Source: Alphaproteobacteria bacterium
GTDB taxonomy: Bacteria; Pseudomonadota; Alphaproteobacteria; Paracaedibacterales; VGCI01
Assembly (NCBI GenBank): GCA_016870095.1
Contig: VGCI01000001.1
Location: 266,922-330,921, forward strand
Direction of reading: 5' to 3'
DNA: 64,000 bases
Both the position numbers and the translations under genes were made by a program. The notes below the pieces were generated by a model. It was not told the origin of the DNA. It worked only from the letters and a program-made list of their open reading frames with translations, and did no database searches. How positions within the stretch are numbered: position 1 is the stretch's first letter; the number at the start of each line of letters is the position of its first letter. Shown one piece after another: positions 53,282-63,264 of this stretch.

Positions 53282-53357
53282 ACTTTCAGCAAATAAAAAA
53301 TAAATTTCCCAAGGAAAAGAATCCCAGCTTGATTTCGTCTTAGATATTTCAATAGAT

Positions 53358-54269
53358 CTAGTACGGTCGGTTGCTGCCATAGGGTAGAGGTTGTTGAATG
53401 GGCGTTCCATTTGTAAATCTAGGGCTGCGCCAATTGGTGGCGCGGGTATTCTTTTCTATTTGTTGCCATTCAATATATCCATATCCCGCTAATTTTTTCG
53501 CTTTTTGTTTCTTAAGCACATCATTCCATGAAGGGCTTAAGGGATTGTACAATGATAAATAAAGAGATGTATTAAATATCTTTGTCTCCGCAAGCCTGCT
53601 GATATTTTGTCTTACGTTTGACAAAGTTATTCTGACCGGATCAAGGGGAGCAAGTCGATTCATCAAATTTGTAACAATTTGCAAATCGCCTCTTAAGCAA
53701 TTTACATATCTATCACAGTTTCTGTGGTTGTGACCTAATTGTTGAATGAGATCAGTCAAAACATCATCTTGATTAAAAAAGCCAGGTGTTGAGACCCAAG
53801 TTGATCCCCAGGGAGCTCTCACATATTGTGGTTGGATCGGGGTGACACGAAGCCCATTGCGATACTCCATTTGACGAATGGGGGATAAGCTTTGAAATAC
53901 AACCCATTCACTGACAAATTTTTGCTGCTGCGAGTCTTGACTAATAATTGTATAAATATTTTTAAATATTAAAGTTGCGGGATGCATCGGATAAGTATAG
54001 ATGTAACTCGTTAAAGATCTTAAATCAAGATTTAGGCATTCATTTCGATTGCGGCAAATATAATGGTTGCGTCGGAAAGCATTTTCAGCCCAAATGAAGG
54101 CTTGTTGTACAGCGAAACGCCTTTGAGGATCCATTCTAAATGCAGGATTTGTTTGATAGTATTGTGGCGTATAAAGAGGGGGAAAAGGAAGCATGGCTTT
54201 TGTCGTGCCGGTAGGGATAATTACTATCAACAGTATGACACGAAAAATATTCATCAAATTGCTTTTCAT
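53358..54269 (-). CDS. Orphan secreted protein with internal two-fold repeat (paired Cys motif)
   Basis: 303 aa with signal-like N-terminus (IFRVILLIVIIPTGTTKA). Two segments share NH-x2-C-x5-CL-x2-DL-x3-T (residues about 65-110 and 178-224). No known family recognised. Confidence 0.5.
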   Translation of the reverse strand: MKSNLMNIFRVILLIVIIPTGTTKAMLPFPPLYTPQYYQTNPAFRMDPQRRFAVQQAFIWAENAFRRNHYICRNRNECLNLDLRSLTSYIYTYPMHPATLIFKNIYTIISQDSQQQKFVSEWVVFQSLSPIRQMEYRNGLRVTPIQPQYVRAPWGSTWVSTPGFFNQDDVLTDLIQQLGHNHRNCDRYVNCLRGDLQIVTNLMNRLAPLDPVRITLSNVRQNISRLAETKIFNTSLYLSLYNPLSPSWNDVLKKQKAKKLAGYGYIEWQQIEKNTRATNWRSPRFTNGTPIQQPLPYGSNRPY

Positions 54270-54323
54270 CTTTTATCCAGTTAGTTCCTCGAGAATCTCT
54301 AAATAATTATAGGAATGATTCTC

Positions 54324-54339
54324 TTAAAACGGAGTTAAC
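54324..54339 (+). promoter_or_regulatory. Perfect CtrA-type box TTAA-N7-TTAAC upstream of dnaB
   Basis: ttaa aacggag ttaac at 54324-54339, 43 nt upstream of the dnaB ATG (54382), in the divergent spacer shared with the 303-aa gene. Confidence 0.4.
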
Positions 54340-54381
54340 AGGGCTATTCAAAATAGGTGGGGTTCTGTTAAAAGTATAACT

Positions 54382-55854
54382 ATGACTCAAGAATTAACAA
54401 TTATACGCAGCGACAGTATTACTGCCGTGGATAGACCTTCTCAACTTGAGGGGGACGCACCTCCTTACAATTTGGAGGCTGAACAATCCATATTGGGTGC
54501 ACTTCTCCTGAATAATAGCTCTTTGGAGCAAGTGGGAGACTTTTTACGTCCCCTTCATTTTGCAGACGCTATACATGGTCAAATTTTTGAAGCCATTGTG
54601 CGTCTCATTGAACGCGGACAAGTTGCAGACCCCATTACCTTAAAAGATTATTTTGATAAAAACGAAGCTTTGCAGCCCGTTGGGGGAGCACGATACTTAA
54701 TTGATCTTGCTCAAAGTGTGGTCTCTATCATCAGTGTTGGGGATTATGGTCAATTGATCTACGATCTTTTCTTGCGCCGTCAATTAATGGGAATCGGTGA
54801 GGATATGGTCCTTACGGCCAGAACACATGATTTAGATATCAATGCTGTGCAACAAATTGAAGAAGCTGAGAAGAAGTTATTTGATTTAGCCACATCGGGC
54901 AATGTTTCTGGTGGGTTTCAGAGTTTTCGCGATGCGCTGACCGGATCTATTGAAATGGCAGAAGTCGCTTATCGTCGAGATAGCCATATTGTGGGTGTAA
55001 CAACCGGTTTGCTGGATTTAGATAAATGGCTAGGAGGGCTTCATTCTTCCGACTTGCTTATTATTGCGGGACGCCCTTCTATGGGGAAAACAATTTTGGC
55101 AACAAATATTGCCTTTAATGCGGCAATTGCGGCTATGGAAGCCAACAAAAATGGGGCATCTGTGGCTTTCTTTTCTCTTGAAATGTCAGCTGAACAACTT
55201 GCCACCCGTATTTTGGCGTCTGAGTCGGGTGTCTCATCTGATAAAATTCGACGAGGAGAGATTCGAGCTGAAGATTTTCCAACATTTGTTGAGGTGAGCA
55301 GGCGTTTGAGTTCCATACCGTTATTTATTGATGATACGCCGGCTTTAAGTGTATCGGCTTTGCGAACACGCGCCAGACGATTGAAACGTCAAGAAGGTCT
55401 TGGTTTGATTGTAATTGATTATCTTCAACTTATGGAATCTGGTGGTTCAAACCGCCGACAGGACAACCGTGTACAAGAAATTTCAGACATTACCCGAGCT
55501 TTGAAAGCTTTGGCCAAGGAATTAAATGTGCCCGTAATTGCCCTTTCGCAATTGTCTCGTGCTGTTGAACAACGTGAGGATAAGCGTCCCCAATTGTCAG
55601 ATTTGCGAGAATCAGGATCCATTGAGCAAGATGCTGATGTGGTTATGTTCATATTTCGAGAAGAATACTATGAGGTGCGCCGCCAACCTCCTGAAGGTAC
55701 CGATAAGCATGCAGAGTGGCAAGCTCGCATGAATCAAATTGCGAATCAAGCTGAAGTCATTATCGCCAAACAGCGCCACGGCCCTGTTGGGACCGTTCGA
55801 CTCTATTTTGAGGGTAGTTTAACCCGTTTCGGGAATTTGATGCCTACCGCATGA
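54382..55854 (+). CDS. dnaB: Replicative DNA helicase DnaB
   Basis: N-terminal PYNLEAEQSILGALL, Walker A GRPSMGKT, and IVIDYLQLM and SQLSRAVEQRE motifs. 490 aa. Confidence 0.97.
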   Translation: MTQELTIIRSDSITAVDRPSQLEGDAPPYNLEAEQSILGALLLNNSSLEQVGDFLRPLHFADAIHGQIFEAIVRLIERGQVADPITLKDYFDKNEALQPVGGARYLIDLAQSVVSIISVGDYGQLIYDLFLRRQLMGIGEDMVLTARTHDLDINAVQQIEEAEKKLFDLATSGNVSGGFQSFRDALTGSIEMAEVAYRRDSHIVGVTTGLLDLDKWLGGLHSSDLLIIAGRPSMGKTILATNIAFNAAIAAMEANKNGASVAFFSLEMSAEQLATRILASESGVSSDKIRRGEIRAEDFPTFVEVSRRLSSIPLFIDDTPALSVSALRTRARRLKRQEGLGLIVIDYLQLMESGGSNRRQDNRVQEISDITRALKALAKELNVPVIALSQLSRAVEQREDKRPQLSDLRESGSIEQDADVVMFIFREEYYEVRRQPPEGTDKHAEWQARMNQIANQAEVIIAKQRHGPVGTVRLYFEGSLTRFGNLMPTA

Positions 55855-55914
55855 GGCATTAGAAAAAGTCTTTGTGATTGTACTCAATAAAGCTTTTTTT
55901 CAGCGCTTTCTTCC

Positions 55915-55930
55915 TTAACTTCTATTTAAC
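55915..55930 (+). promoter_or_regulatory. Perfect CtrA-type box TTAA-N7-TTAAC downstream of dnaB / upstream of mccB
   Basis: ttaa cttctat ttaac at 55915-55930, within the 200-bp spacer between the dnaB stop (55854) and the mccB start (56058). Confidence 0.35.
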
Positions 55931-56057
55931 GAAAAATTCTCTATACTTTTATTAAGATGTTTTCTGTATGCCTTGCCTTTGTGCGAGTTTAGAATGCAGC
56001 GTGAATTTTTTAAGAGAGTTTATTGAAAATTTTTTATAACAAAATGGGTTCAAAGTG

Positions 56058-57659
56058 ATGACTGTGTTGCAGACCCTGGTAGAGCCAAAATCTAAAGAGT
56101 ATCAGAAAAACAAACTGGCAATGCAGATTTTGGTGGCAGATTTGCGAGATAAAGTTGCTCTCATAGCTCAAGGTGGCGGGCCAGCCTGTGAGGCGAAACA
56201 TAAAGCCCGAGGTAAAATGATTGTTCGTGATCGTATCGATCATTTGATAGATGCGGGTAGTCCGTTTCTCGAACTTTCTCAACTTGCAGCTTACGATGTT
56301 TATGATGAAGCTCTCCCCGCAGCTGGCCTTGTGACAGGTATTGGAATGATTCAGAATCAACCCTGCATGATTGTAGCCAATGATGCGACAGTAAAAGGCG
56401 GGACTTATTTTCCCTTAACAGTAAAAAAGCATCTGCGTGCACAAGAAATTGCTAGGGAAAATTGTTTGGCCTGTCTTTATTTGGTTGATTCTGGCGGTGC
56501 GCATCTCCCTAACCAAGATCAAGTTTTTCCGGATCGCGATCATTTTGGCCGAATTTTTTATAATCAAGCTAATATGTCAGCTGCGGGTATTCCTCAAATT
56601 GCTGTTGTAATGGGTTCGTGTACAGCTGGTGGGGCCTATGTCCCAGCAATGGCAGATCAGTCAATAATTGTGGAAAAAACGGGTACAATCTTTTTAGGCG
56701 GGCCACCACTAGTAAAGGCCGCAACCGGTGAAGAAGTTTCAGCTGAAGAGTTAGGGGGATCTAGTGTGCATGCTCGATCCTCAGGCGTTGTGGACTATGT
56801 TGCAAAAAATGATAGAGAGGCCTTGAGTATGGCCCGACAAATCGTTGCCTCTTTAAACCGTAGCGAAGTTAAGTTTTTAAAAGATGTTCAGTCCCCGCTT
56901 TATGATGTCTCTGATTTGTATGGGATAGTGAGTCAAGATTTAAAACATCCCTATGATGTACGAGAAATTATTGCTCGTTTAGTAGATGGTAGTGAATTTG
57001 ATGAATTTAAGCCTCTATATGGTGCAACATTGGTTTGTGGTTTTGCTCGTATATTTGGGCATTGGGTAGGCATTATCGCCAATAATGGCATATTATTTTC
57101 CGAAAGTGCTCAAAAAGGGGCTCACTTTATAGAATTGTGCTGCCAAAGAAATATTCCTCTCGTTTTTTTGCAAAATATTAGTGGCTTTATGGTGGGACGA
57201 AAATATGAGGCTGGAGGTATTGCCAAAGATGGAGCCAAATTAGTTCATGCGGTTGCTTGTGCAGCTGTTCCGAAATTCACAGTTGTTATCGGGGGAAGTT
57301 TTGGAGCTGGTAACTACGCTATGTGTGGGCGTGCCTATGCACCTCGTTTTTTGTGGATGTGGCCAAATGCGCGCATATCTGTGATGGGGGGTGAGCAGGC
57401 GGCTATGGTTTTGAATCAGATAAAAACCGATGCAGACGTGGCCAAAGGCAAGACAAGAGATTCAGCTCAAGAAGCCCAATTTCGAGCTCAGATCCAAACA
57501 CAATATGAAACACAAGGCCATCCCTATTATTCTTCGGCCCGCCTTTGGGATGATGGCATTATTGATCCTCAAGACACACGTCGTGTTTTAGGATTAGGTT
57601 TGGCACTTGCCCAGCAAAATCATACGCAAACCACAAAATTTGGTGTTTTCAGACTGTAG
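56058..57659 (+). CDS. mccB: 3-methylcrotonyl-CoA carboxylase, carboxyltransferase (beta) subunit
   Basis: About 533 aa acyl-CoA carboxylase CT-domain protein ([13 protein letters not shown]; GGAYVPAM; MGGEQAA), followed by hydratase, biotin-carboxylase subunit and HMG-CoA lyase genes (liu cluster order). Confidence 0.9.
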   Translation: MTVLQTLVEPKSKEYQKNKLAMQILVADLRDKVALIAQGGGPACEAKHKARGKMIVRDRIDHLIDAGSPFLELSQLAAYDVYDEALPAAGLVTGIGMIQNQPCMIVANDATVKGGTYFPLTVKKHLRAQEIARENCLACLYLVDSGGAHLPNQDQVFPDRDHFGRIFYNQANMSAAGIPQIAVVMGSCTAGGAYVPAMADQSIIVEKTGTIFLGGPPLVKAATGEEVSAEELGGSSVHARSSGVVDYVAKNDREALSMARQIVASLNRSEVKFLKDVQSPLYDVSDLYGIVSQDLKHPYDVREIIARLVDGSEFDEFKPLYGATLVCGFARIFGHWVGIIANNGILFSESAQKGAHFIELCCQRNIPLVFLQNISGFMVGRKYEAGGIAKDGAKLVHAVACAAVPKFTVVIGGSFGAGNYAMCGRAYAPRFLWMWPNARISVMGGEQAAMVLNQIKTDADVAKGKTRDSAQEAQFRAQIQTQYETQGHPYYSSARLWDDGIIDPQDTRRVLGLGLALAQQNHTQTTKFGVFRL

Positions 57660-57681
57660 TTTTTACGAAAGAGAGTTAAGA

Positions 57682-58506
57682 ATGTCTACGCGAGCAAAAT
57701 CCGAAACGACCTCGATGACACCACTCATAATCCATGAATTTATGGAAGAGTTAACAGGTGTTGCTAAAATTACATTGAATCGCCCACATGTGCACAATGC
57801 TTTGGATGAAAAAACAATTGAGGAATTAACCAAAGCTTTTCTCAAACTTAGCCAAGATCCATCCGTAAGAGCAATTGTGTTGGCAGCTAATGGGACAGTT
57901 TTTTGTGCTGGTGCCGATTTGAATTGGATGAAACGGGTTTCAGCTTTGTCTCAAGATAAGAGTATTGAAGATGCGATGAAACTATCACAGTTACTCGACG
58001 TTATTGATACTTGTCCTAAACCAACGATTGCTTGTATACAAGGTGCCGCTTTTGGTGGTGGTGTTGGGTTAATCGCCGCTTGTGATATTGCTGTTTGTGC
58101 AAAAGAGGCTGTTTTTTGTCTCTCGGAAGTCAAATGGGGTCTCATTCCAGCCACGATCAGCCCTTATATTATTAATGCCATAGGGCAACGGCAGGCTCGT
58201 CGCTATGTCTTAACTGCAGACCGTATGAGTTCTGGGGATGCTCTGCATTTCGGGTTAGTCCACCAAGTCGTAATGCAAGGGGAGTTGGAAGCAGCAATTG
58301 AGACATTAGCTGTATCTATTCTCAAAGGAAGTCCGGCGGCTATAAAAGCTTCAAAAGAATTGATTCGTTTCGTTGAATCTCGACCCATCGATTCATCAAC
58401 TCACAAGGAAACAGCGCGTCGGCTTGCTTCGGCTCGATTATCTGCTGAAGGTAAAGAAGGAATAGAAGCATTTTTAGCAAAACGGACACCCTCATGGGCC
58501 TTGTGA
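57682..58506 (+). CDS. liuC: Methylglutaconyl-CoA hydratase (crotonase family)
   Basis: Start trimmed to the ATG at 57682 (gagag RBS). Crotonase motifs FCAGADLNWM and GAAFGGGVGLIAACD. Sits between mccB and mccA. Confidence 0.85.
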   Translation: MSTRAKSETTSMTPLIIHEFMEELTGVAKITLNRPHVHNALDEKTIEELTKAFLKLSQDPSVRAIVLAANGTVFCAGADLNWMKRVSALSQDKSIEDAMKLSQLLDVIDTCPKPTIACIQGAAFGGGVGLIAACDIAVCAKEAVFCLSEVKWGLIPATISPYIINAIGQRQARRYVLTADRMSSGDALHFGLVHQVVMQGELEAAIETLAVSILKGSPAAIKASKELIRFVESRPIDSSTHKETARRLASARLSAEGKEGIEAFLAKRTPSWAL

Positions 58507-60463
58507 AAGAGTGTCAAATAAACGGTATTAAGCGGCTTCTGGTTGCAAACCGGGGGGAGATTTCCTGCCGTATTCAAGCGACATGCCATCGTCTTGGTAT
58601 CGAAACCATTGCAGTGGGCTCTTCTATAGAACAAGACACTCTCCATATGCAAATGGCCGATCAGGCCGTGGTCATTGGGACCCCTGAGGCAAGGGATAGT
58701 TACCTAAATGGTTATGCTATTATTCAAGCGGCTCTTCAGTATGGTGCTGAGGCAATTCACCCCGGCTATGGTTTTTTGTCTGAAAATGCAGATTTTGCTG
58801 ACGAGGTAAGGAAAGCGGGTTTAATCTTTATTGGACCTTCATCTGAAGCCATTCGCGTAATGGGATCAAAAACTCAAGCAAAATCTATAGCTGAGTCTGT
58901 TCACATACCGGTTATTTGCGGATATCATGGAGAAGGGGATCTACTTAATGAAGCAGAAAATCTAGGATTTCCTTTGCTGATTAAAGCTTCTTACGGTGGG
59001 GGTGGGAAGGGGATGCGTCGGGTCAATGAAGTCAGCGAATTTAATGACGCTTTGGCGGCTTGCAGACGTGAAGCGATGGCTGCATTTGGTAATGATCAGG
59101 TTATGTTGGAAAAGTACTTGGTTCGACCTCGTCATATAGAAGTACAAATTTTGGAGATTCTTTTGGAAAATGTATCGTTTTGTCTGATCGGGACTGTTCC
59201 TTACAACGCCGCCATCAGAAAGTCATTGAAGAAGCTCCTGCCCCTAATCTTTCCTCTTCTTTACGGACTAAACTTCATGAAGCCGCCTTGTGCATTGCAA
59301 AGTTAGTTGCTTATGAAGGCTTGGGAACAGTAGAGTTTTTAGTAACCCACGACAGTGAATTCTATTTTTTGGAAATGAATACGAGATTACAAGTCGAGCA
59401 TCCCGTTACGGAGTTAATCCTGGGGATAGATGTTGTGGAGTGGCAGATACGCGTAGCTGCGGGAGAACCCTTATCTTTGCAAGAAGTGCAATATCCGCAA
59501 GGGCATGCTGTTGAAGCTCGACTATATGCTGAAGATGGAGAAAATAACTTTTTACCCTCAACAGGAACAATTACAAAGCTGAATTTCCCCATTAAAACAA
59601 ATCTGCGTGTTGATACAGGCAGTCGTGCAGGCGATGCGGTTACCATATATTACGATCCGATGATTGCTAAGTTGATTGTTTGGGGAAAAAACCGCGAAGA
59701 AGCTTTGCAAGGGTTATCAGATGCTTTATTTGAAACTCAATTAAAGGGAATAAGAACAAACCAATCCTTTCTTCAAAATTTGCTGAGTCATCCCGAGGTA
59801 TTAACGAGGGCACCTGATATTGATTTTATTGATCGGTATGTTGATCACCTCAAGAAGAATGTACCAGAAGTTGCTTATCTCTTAGCTGCATTATGGTTAT
59901 ATGATCATAATTTACGCGCTCCAAACGTATCACCTTGGGAGCAGGGGGATGGTTGGCGCCTCAATATTCCCCCCGTTCATTATTTTCCCCTTCAAGGAAA
60001 AGAAGCTGTTTCTGTTCTCCCAAAACAACGTAAATTGGCGCTTCATTTTGAGGGCAAAAATTATCAATCTCACTTCCCCCGCATTTCGTTGGGTAATGAA
60101 ATTGATGTTTCAATCGATGGAAAAAAATATCAGGGTAAAATTGTTAAGAAAGATCAGGAAATTCATGTGAGTTTAGAAAATGAGTTTTATATCTTGAAAT
60201 TGGGAACATTGACTTCGCAGCAAGAGATCATAAATCAAGGATCTGCTCCTCTTACCTCACCTATGCCTGGACGCATTGTCTCAGTCATGGTGGCCTTGAA
60301 TGAAATGGTTGAAGCGGGCCAACCCTTGGTTGTTTTAGAAGCAATGAAGATGGAACATACGATTCGAGCACCCCACAATGGTATTGTAGATCTTCTTCCA
60401 TTTTCATCCGGGGATTTTTGCGATGAGGGAGTTGAATTGATTCGACTAAAAGGTCTTCTTTAA
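58494..60463 (+). pseudogene. mccA: 3-methylcrotonyl-CoA carboxylase alpha subunit (biotin carboxylase + BCCP), reading frame broken by a 1-nt deficit near 59149-59154
   Basis: ORF 58494..59306 encodes the N-terminal half (KRLLVANRGEISCRI ... GGGGKGMR ... RHIEVQIL), then leaves homology. Frame -1 from 59153 reads GDSFGKCIVLSDRDCSLQRRHQKVIEEAPAP, continuing to EMNTRLQVEHPVTE and the biotinylation motif EAMKMEH. The joined length is about 656 aa. Confidence 0.85.
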
Positions 60464-60547
60464 AAAAAGTCCTATTTCTCAATCTACTCCGTGATAGGAT
60501 GAAGATGAGTGTTTTCTAGATGACAATTATGGAAATAATTTAGCTTT

Positions 60548-61423
60548 ATGACCAAGCCAGCTATTAGCATCGTTGAAGTTGGTCCACGTGATGGACTTCA
60601 AAATGAATCAAAAATCATGACAGTTGGACAGCGTGTTCAACTCATAGATTTATTATCAGATTGCGGTTTTGCAGAAATTGAAGTGGGCAGTTTTGTTTCG
60701 CCAAAGTGGATTCCTCAAATGGCGAATACAGACCTTGTCTATCGTCAAATTCAACAAAATATGACTTGTCGCTATTCTGTGCTCGTTCCCAATGAACAAG
60801 GAATGGCACAGGCGGTTGCTGCAGGTGTTCATGAAATATCAATTTTTACAGCCGCTTCAGAAACCTTTAGCCAAAAAAATATTAACTGCTCAATTGATGA
60901 AAGTTTTGAGCGCTTTAAGCCCCTCATGAAGACAGCGAGAGATCAGGAAATTCGAGTGCGAGGTTATGTCTCTTGTTCCATTGCTTGTCCTTTTGAAGGA
61001 GCAATTTCTGCAGATGTTGTTGGAAATATTGCTTGGCGCTTGATGGATTTAGGATGTGCTGAAATTTCTTTGGGGGATACGATTGGGCAGGGAACAATTC
61101 AAACAATTGGCACACTTGTTAAAACTGTAAGAAATCAGGTGCCGGTAGAAAAATTGGCCATTCATTGTCATGATACTTATGGGGGTGCGATCCAGAATGT
61201 TCTTGAAGCCTTACGCCAAGGTATTCGTATTGTTGATTCAGCGATTTATGGGCTAGGGGGGTGCCCTTATGCAACGGGTAAAAATGGCGAAAAAGCCACG
61301 GGAAATGTGGCGACAGAAGCGATTCTAGCTGCATTAAAGGAAGAAGGATATCTCACAAATATAAATGAACAGGCTGTCACGCGGGCTTCACAGTTTGTGG
61401 ACACATGGATGCATGGAAATTAA
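60548..61423 (+). CDS. hmgL: Hydroxymethylglutaryl-CoA lyase
   Basis: N-terminal VEVGPRDGLQNE, HCHDTYG, and GLGGCPYA motifs. 291 aa. Confidence 0.93.
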   Translation: MTKPAISIVEVGPRDGLQNESKIMTVGQRVQLIDLLSDCGFAEIEVGSFVSPKWIPQMANTDLVYRQIQQNMTCRYSVLVPNEQGMAQAVAAGVHEISIFTAASETFSQKNINCSIDESFERFKPLMKTARDQEIRVRGYVSCSIACPFEGAISADVVGNIAWRLMDLGCAEISLGDTIGQGTIQTIGTLVKTVRNQVPVEKLAIHCHDTYGGAIQNVLEALRQGIRIVDSAIYGLGGCPYATGKNGEKATGNVATEAILAALKEEGYLTNINEQAVTRASQFVDTWMHGN

Positions 61424-61549
61424 GCCATTAAGGGGAATATATTATTTTATGTAACCGATCTTTGGTGACAAGTAATATTAAAACCTGTATTTTACAGTAG
61501 TTCTCTTAATAGGGCACATAAAGCTGGATAACAACTAAGGTATTTGTTT

Positions 61550-62839
61550 ATGGATAATTTTCTTGTAACGTTGTGGGACTCTCTTAAACAAAGGAGCATT
61601 CAAACGATCCTTTTTCTCGTAGCTTATGTATTGATTGCCCCTTATTTGCCCCGTGAAATCCATGAAGGATTATATACAATAAGTTTATTTATGAAGGATA
61701 CCTTAATATGGATTATGCCTTTAACCGTCGGATTTTTTATTGCTTACACGGTTAATTCCTTTGAACGACAAGCTCCCCTTTTTGTTCTTGTTTTATTGAT
61801 CTTTGAAACATGCTCAAACTTCTCGAGTGTTTGGTATGCTTTTGGAAGTGCTACATTTGCTGCAGACTATTTGCCCTTAATTAAAGCCACAAGCTTAGAG
61901 AGTGATTTTAATGCATTATGGCGTATACCGTTCGATCGCCCCCGCTGGTGGTCTACGGAAAAAGGGGCTTTTATTGGCCTTGTATTGGGAATATTTTCTG
62001 CTTTTACTAAAGGTTCGCAATTAAAGATTTTCCTGAAAAAGGGTAAGAACACAGTTGAATGGATACTGACGCGTGTCTTTGCACAGCTTATCCCGATTTT
62101 TGTTTTGGGATTTGCTGCCCATATGATTCAAACAAAACTACTTGACCATGTAATGACTCATTATGCTGTTTTGGTTATGTGGCTAACGGCATTTTTATTT
62201 GTATATCTAATATTTCTATTCTTCCTCGGAGCCGGATTTTCTGTAACCCGTATTCTGTCAAATATTAAAAATATGCTCCCGGCAGGGGGAATGGCTTTAA
62301 CGTCCAGTTGCAGTATGTCCACTATGCCCTGGACGATTGAAGGATCTGCTAAAAACCTTCATAATCCGTTATTGGCAAAAGCCATAATTCCAGCGACGAC
62401 GAACATACAGCAAATTGGAGATTGTTTTGCAAACACCTTTCTATGTTTTTTAATCTATCGACATTTTTTCGGCCATAACCCTGACATGATGACGTGGCTT
62501 CTGTTTAGTAGCGTATTCGTTCTTGCCCGATTTGCTACTGCAGCTGTCCTTGGGGGTGCGATCTTTATTATGTTGCCAATTTATGAATCTTATCTTAATT
62601 TTACACCGGAAATGATCGCCATTATTCTTGCGTTGAATGTGGTTTTAGATCCTTTAATTACAAGTTGTAATGTTATGGCAAATGGTGCTTTATGCCGCGT
62701 ATTTGAACGTATTTGGGCTATGATTCAAACCCTATTACCCTCTTCAAGCTTAACCAAAGCCCCGTCTCCCTTGGGAAAAGGTTTGCCTGACCATTCAGGA
62801 GTAAGCTATGAGCTCATTGCAAAAACTGATCTCCCTTGA
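61550..62839 (+). CDS. Dicarboxylate/amino acid:cation symporter (DAACS/SDF) family transporter, divergent
   Basis: About 429 aa polytopic protein. A Ser-rich reentrant-loop-like motif (LTSSCSMSTMP) and a late motif (VLDPLITSCNVMANG) resemble GltP-family hairpins. Start trimmed to the ATG at 61550. Confidence 0.6.
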   Translation: MDNFLVTLWDSLKQRSIQTILFLVAYVLIAPYLPREIHEGLYTISLFMKDTLIWIMPLTVGFFIAYTVNSFERQAPLFVLVLLIFETCSNFSSVWYAFGSATFAADYLPLIKATSLESDFNALWRIPFDRPRWWSTEKGAFIGLVLGIFSAFTKGSQLKIFLKKGKNTVEWILTRVFAQLIPIFVLGFAAHMIQTKLLDHVMTHYAVLVMWLTAFLFVYLIFLFFLGAGFSVTRILSNIKNMLPAGGMALTSSCSMSTMPWTIEGSAKNLHNPLLAKAIIPATTNIQQIGDCFANTFLCFLIYRHFFGHNPDMMTWLLFSSVFVLARFATAAVLGGAIFIMLPIYESYLNFTPEMIAIILALNVVLDPLITSCNVMANGALCRVFERIWAMIQTLLPSSSLTKAPSPLGKGLPDHSGVSYELIAKTDLP

Positions 62840-63191
62840 ACTCAAAGCAGAAGCGTTAGGCTTTGAATGGCCCAATACCTTGGCAATCATTGATCAAGTC
62901 GTAAGTGAATGTGATGAGATTCGTCAATCTCTCACGTTGAAAGAAGGCAATGATAGGCTTCAAGAGGAAGTTGGAGATTTGCTATTATCTGTTTTATCTT
63001 TGAGTGTTTATGAAAGACTAGATATTGAAAAAATCATAGCGGATGTGGCAAATAAATTTCAGGGACGCCTTGATGCTCTTGAAACTATAATGAAAGTTCG
63101 GGGTTATGATTCATTAAAAAATCAATCTTTTGATATCATGCTTGAATTATGGGAAGAGGCCAAAAGATTTGTTGACTCAAAACGCTTGTAA
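62808..63191 (+). CDS. MazG-like nucleotide pyrophosphohydrolase domain protein
   Basis: 127 aa with an E-x2-E ... EE-x-GD-LL pattern (ECDEIRQS ... LQEEVGDLLLSVLSL). Overlaps the transporter 3' end by 32 nt. Confidence 0.65.
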   Translation: MSSLQKLISLELKAEALGFEWPNTLAIIDQVVSECDEIRQSLTLKEGNDRLQEEVGDLLLSVLSLSVYERLDIEKIIADVANKFQGRLDALETIMKVRGYDSLKNQSFDIMLELWEEAKRFVDSKRL

Positions 63192-63264
63192 TCCTTCGCT
63201 TTCTTTCTTATTTAAAGTTCTATAGAATGAAACGCATTAACCTTTTAGAGAATTGAGATATTTT

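Noticed and set aside
59145-59155. Programmed -1 ribosomal frameshift as the explanation for the mccA split.
   Set aside because: The 0-frame codons CAA ATT TTG do not form an X XXY YYZ slippery heptamer. I see no obvious downstream stimulatory hairpin, and biotin carboxylases are not known to use recoding. An indel or sequencing error is the simpler explanation.
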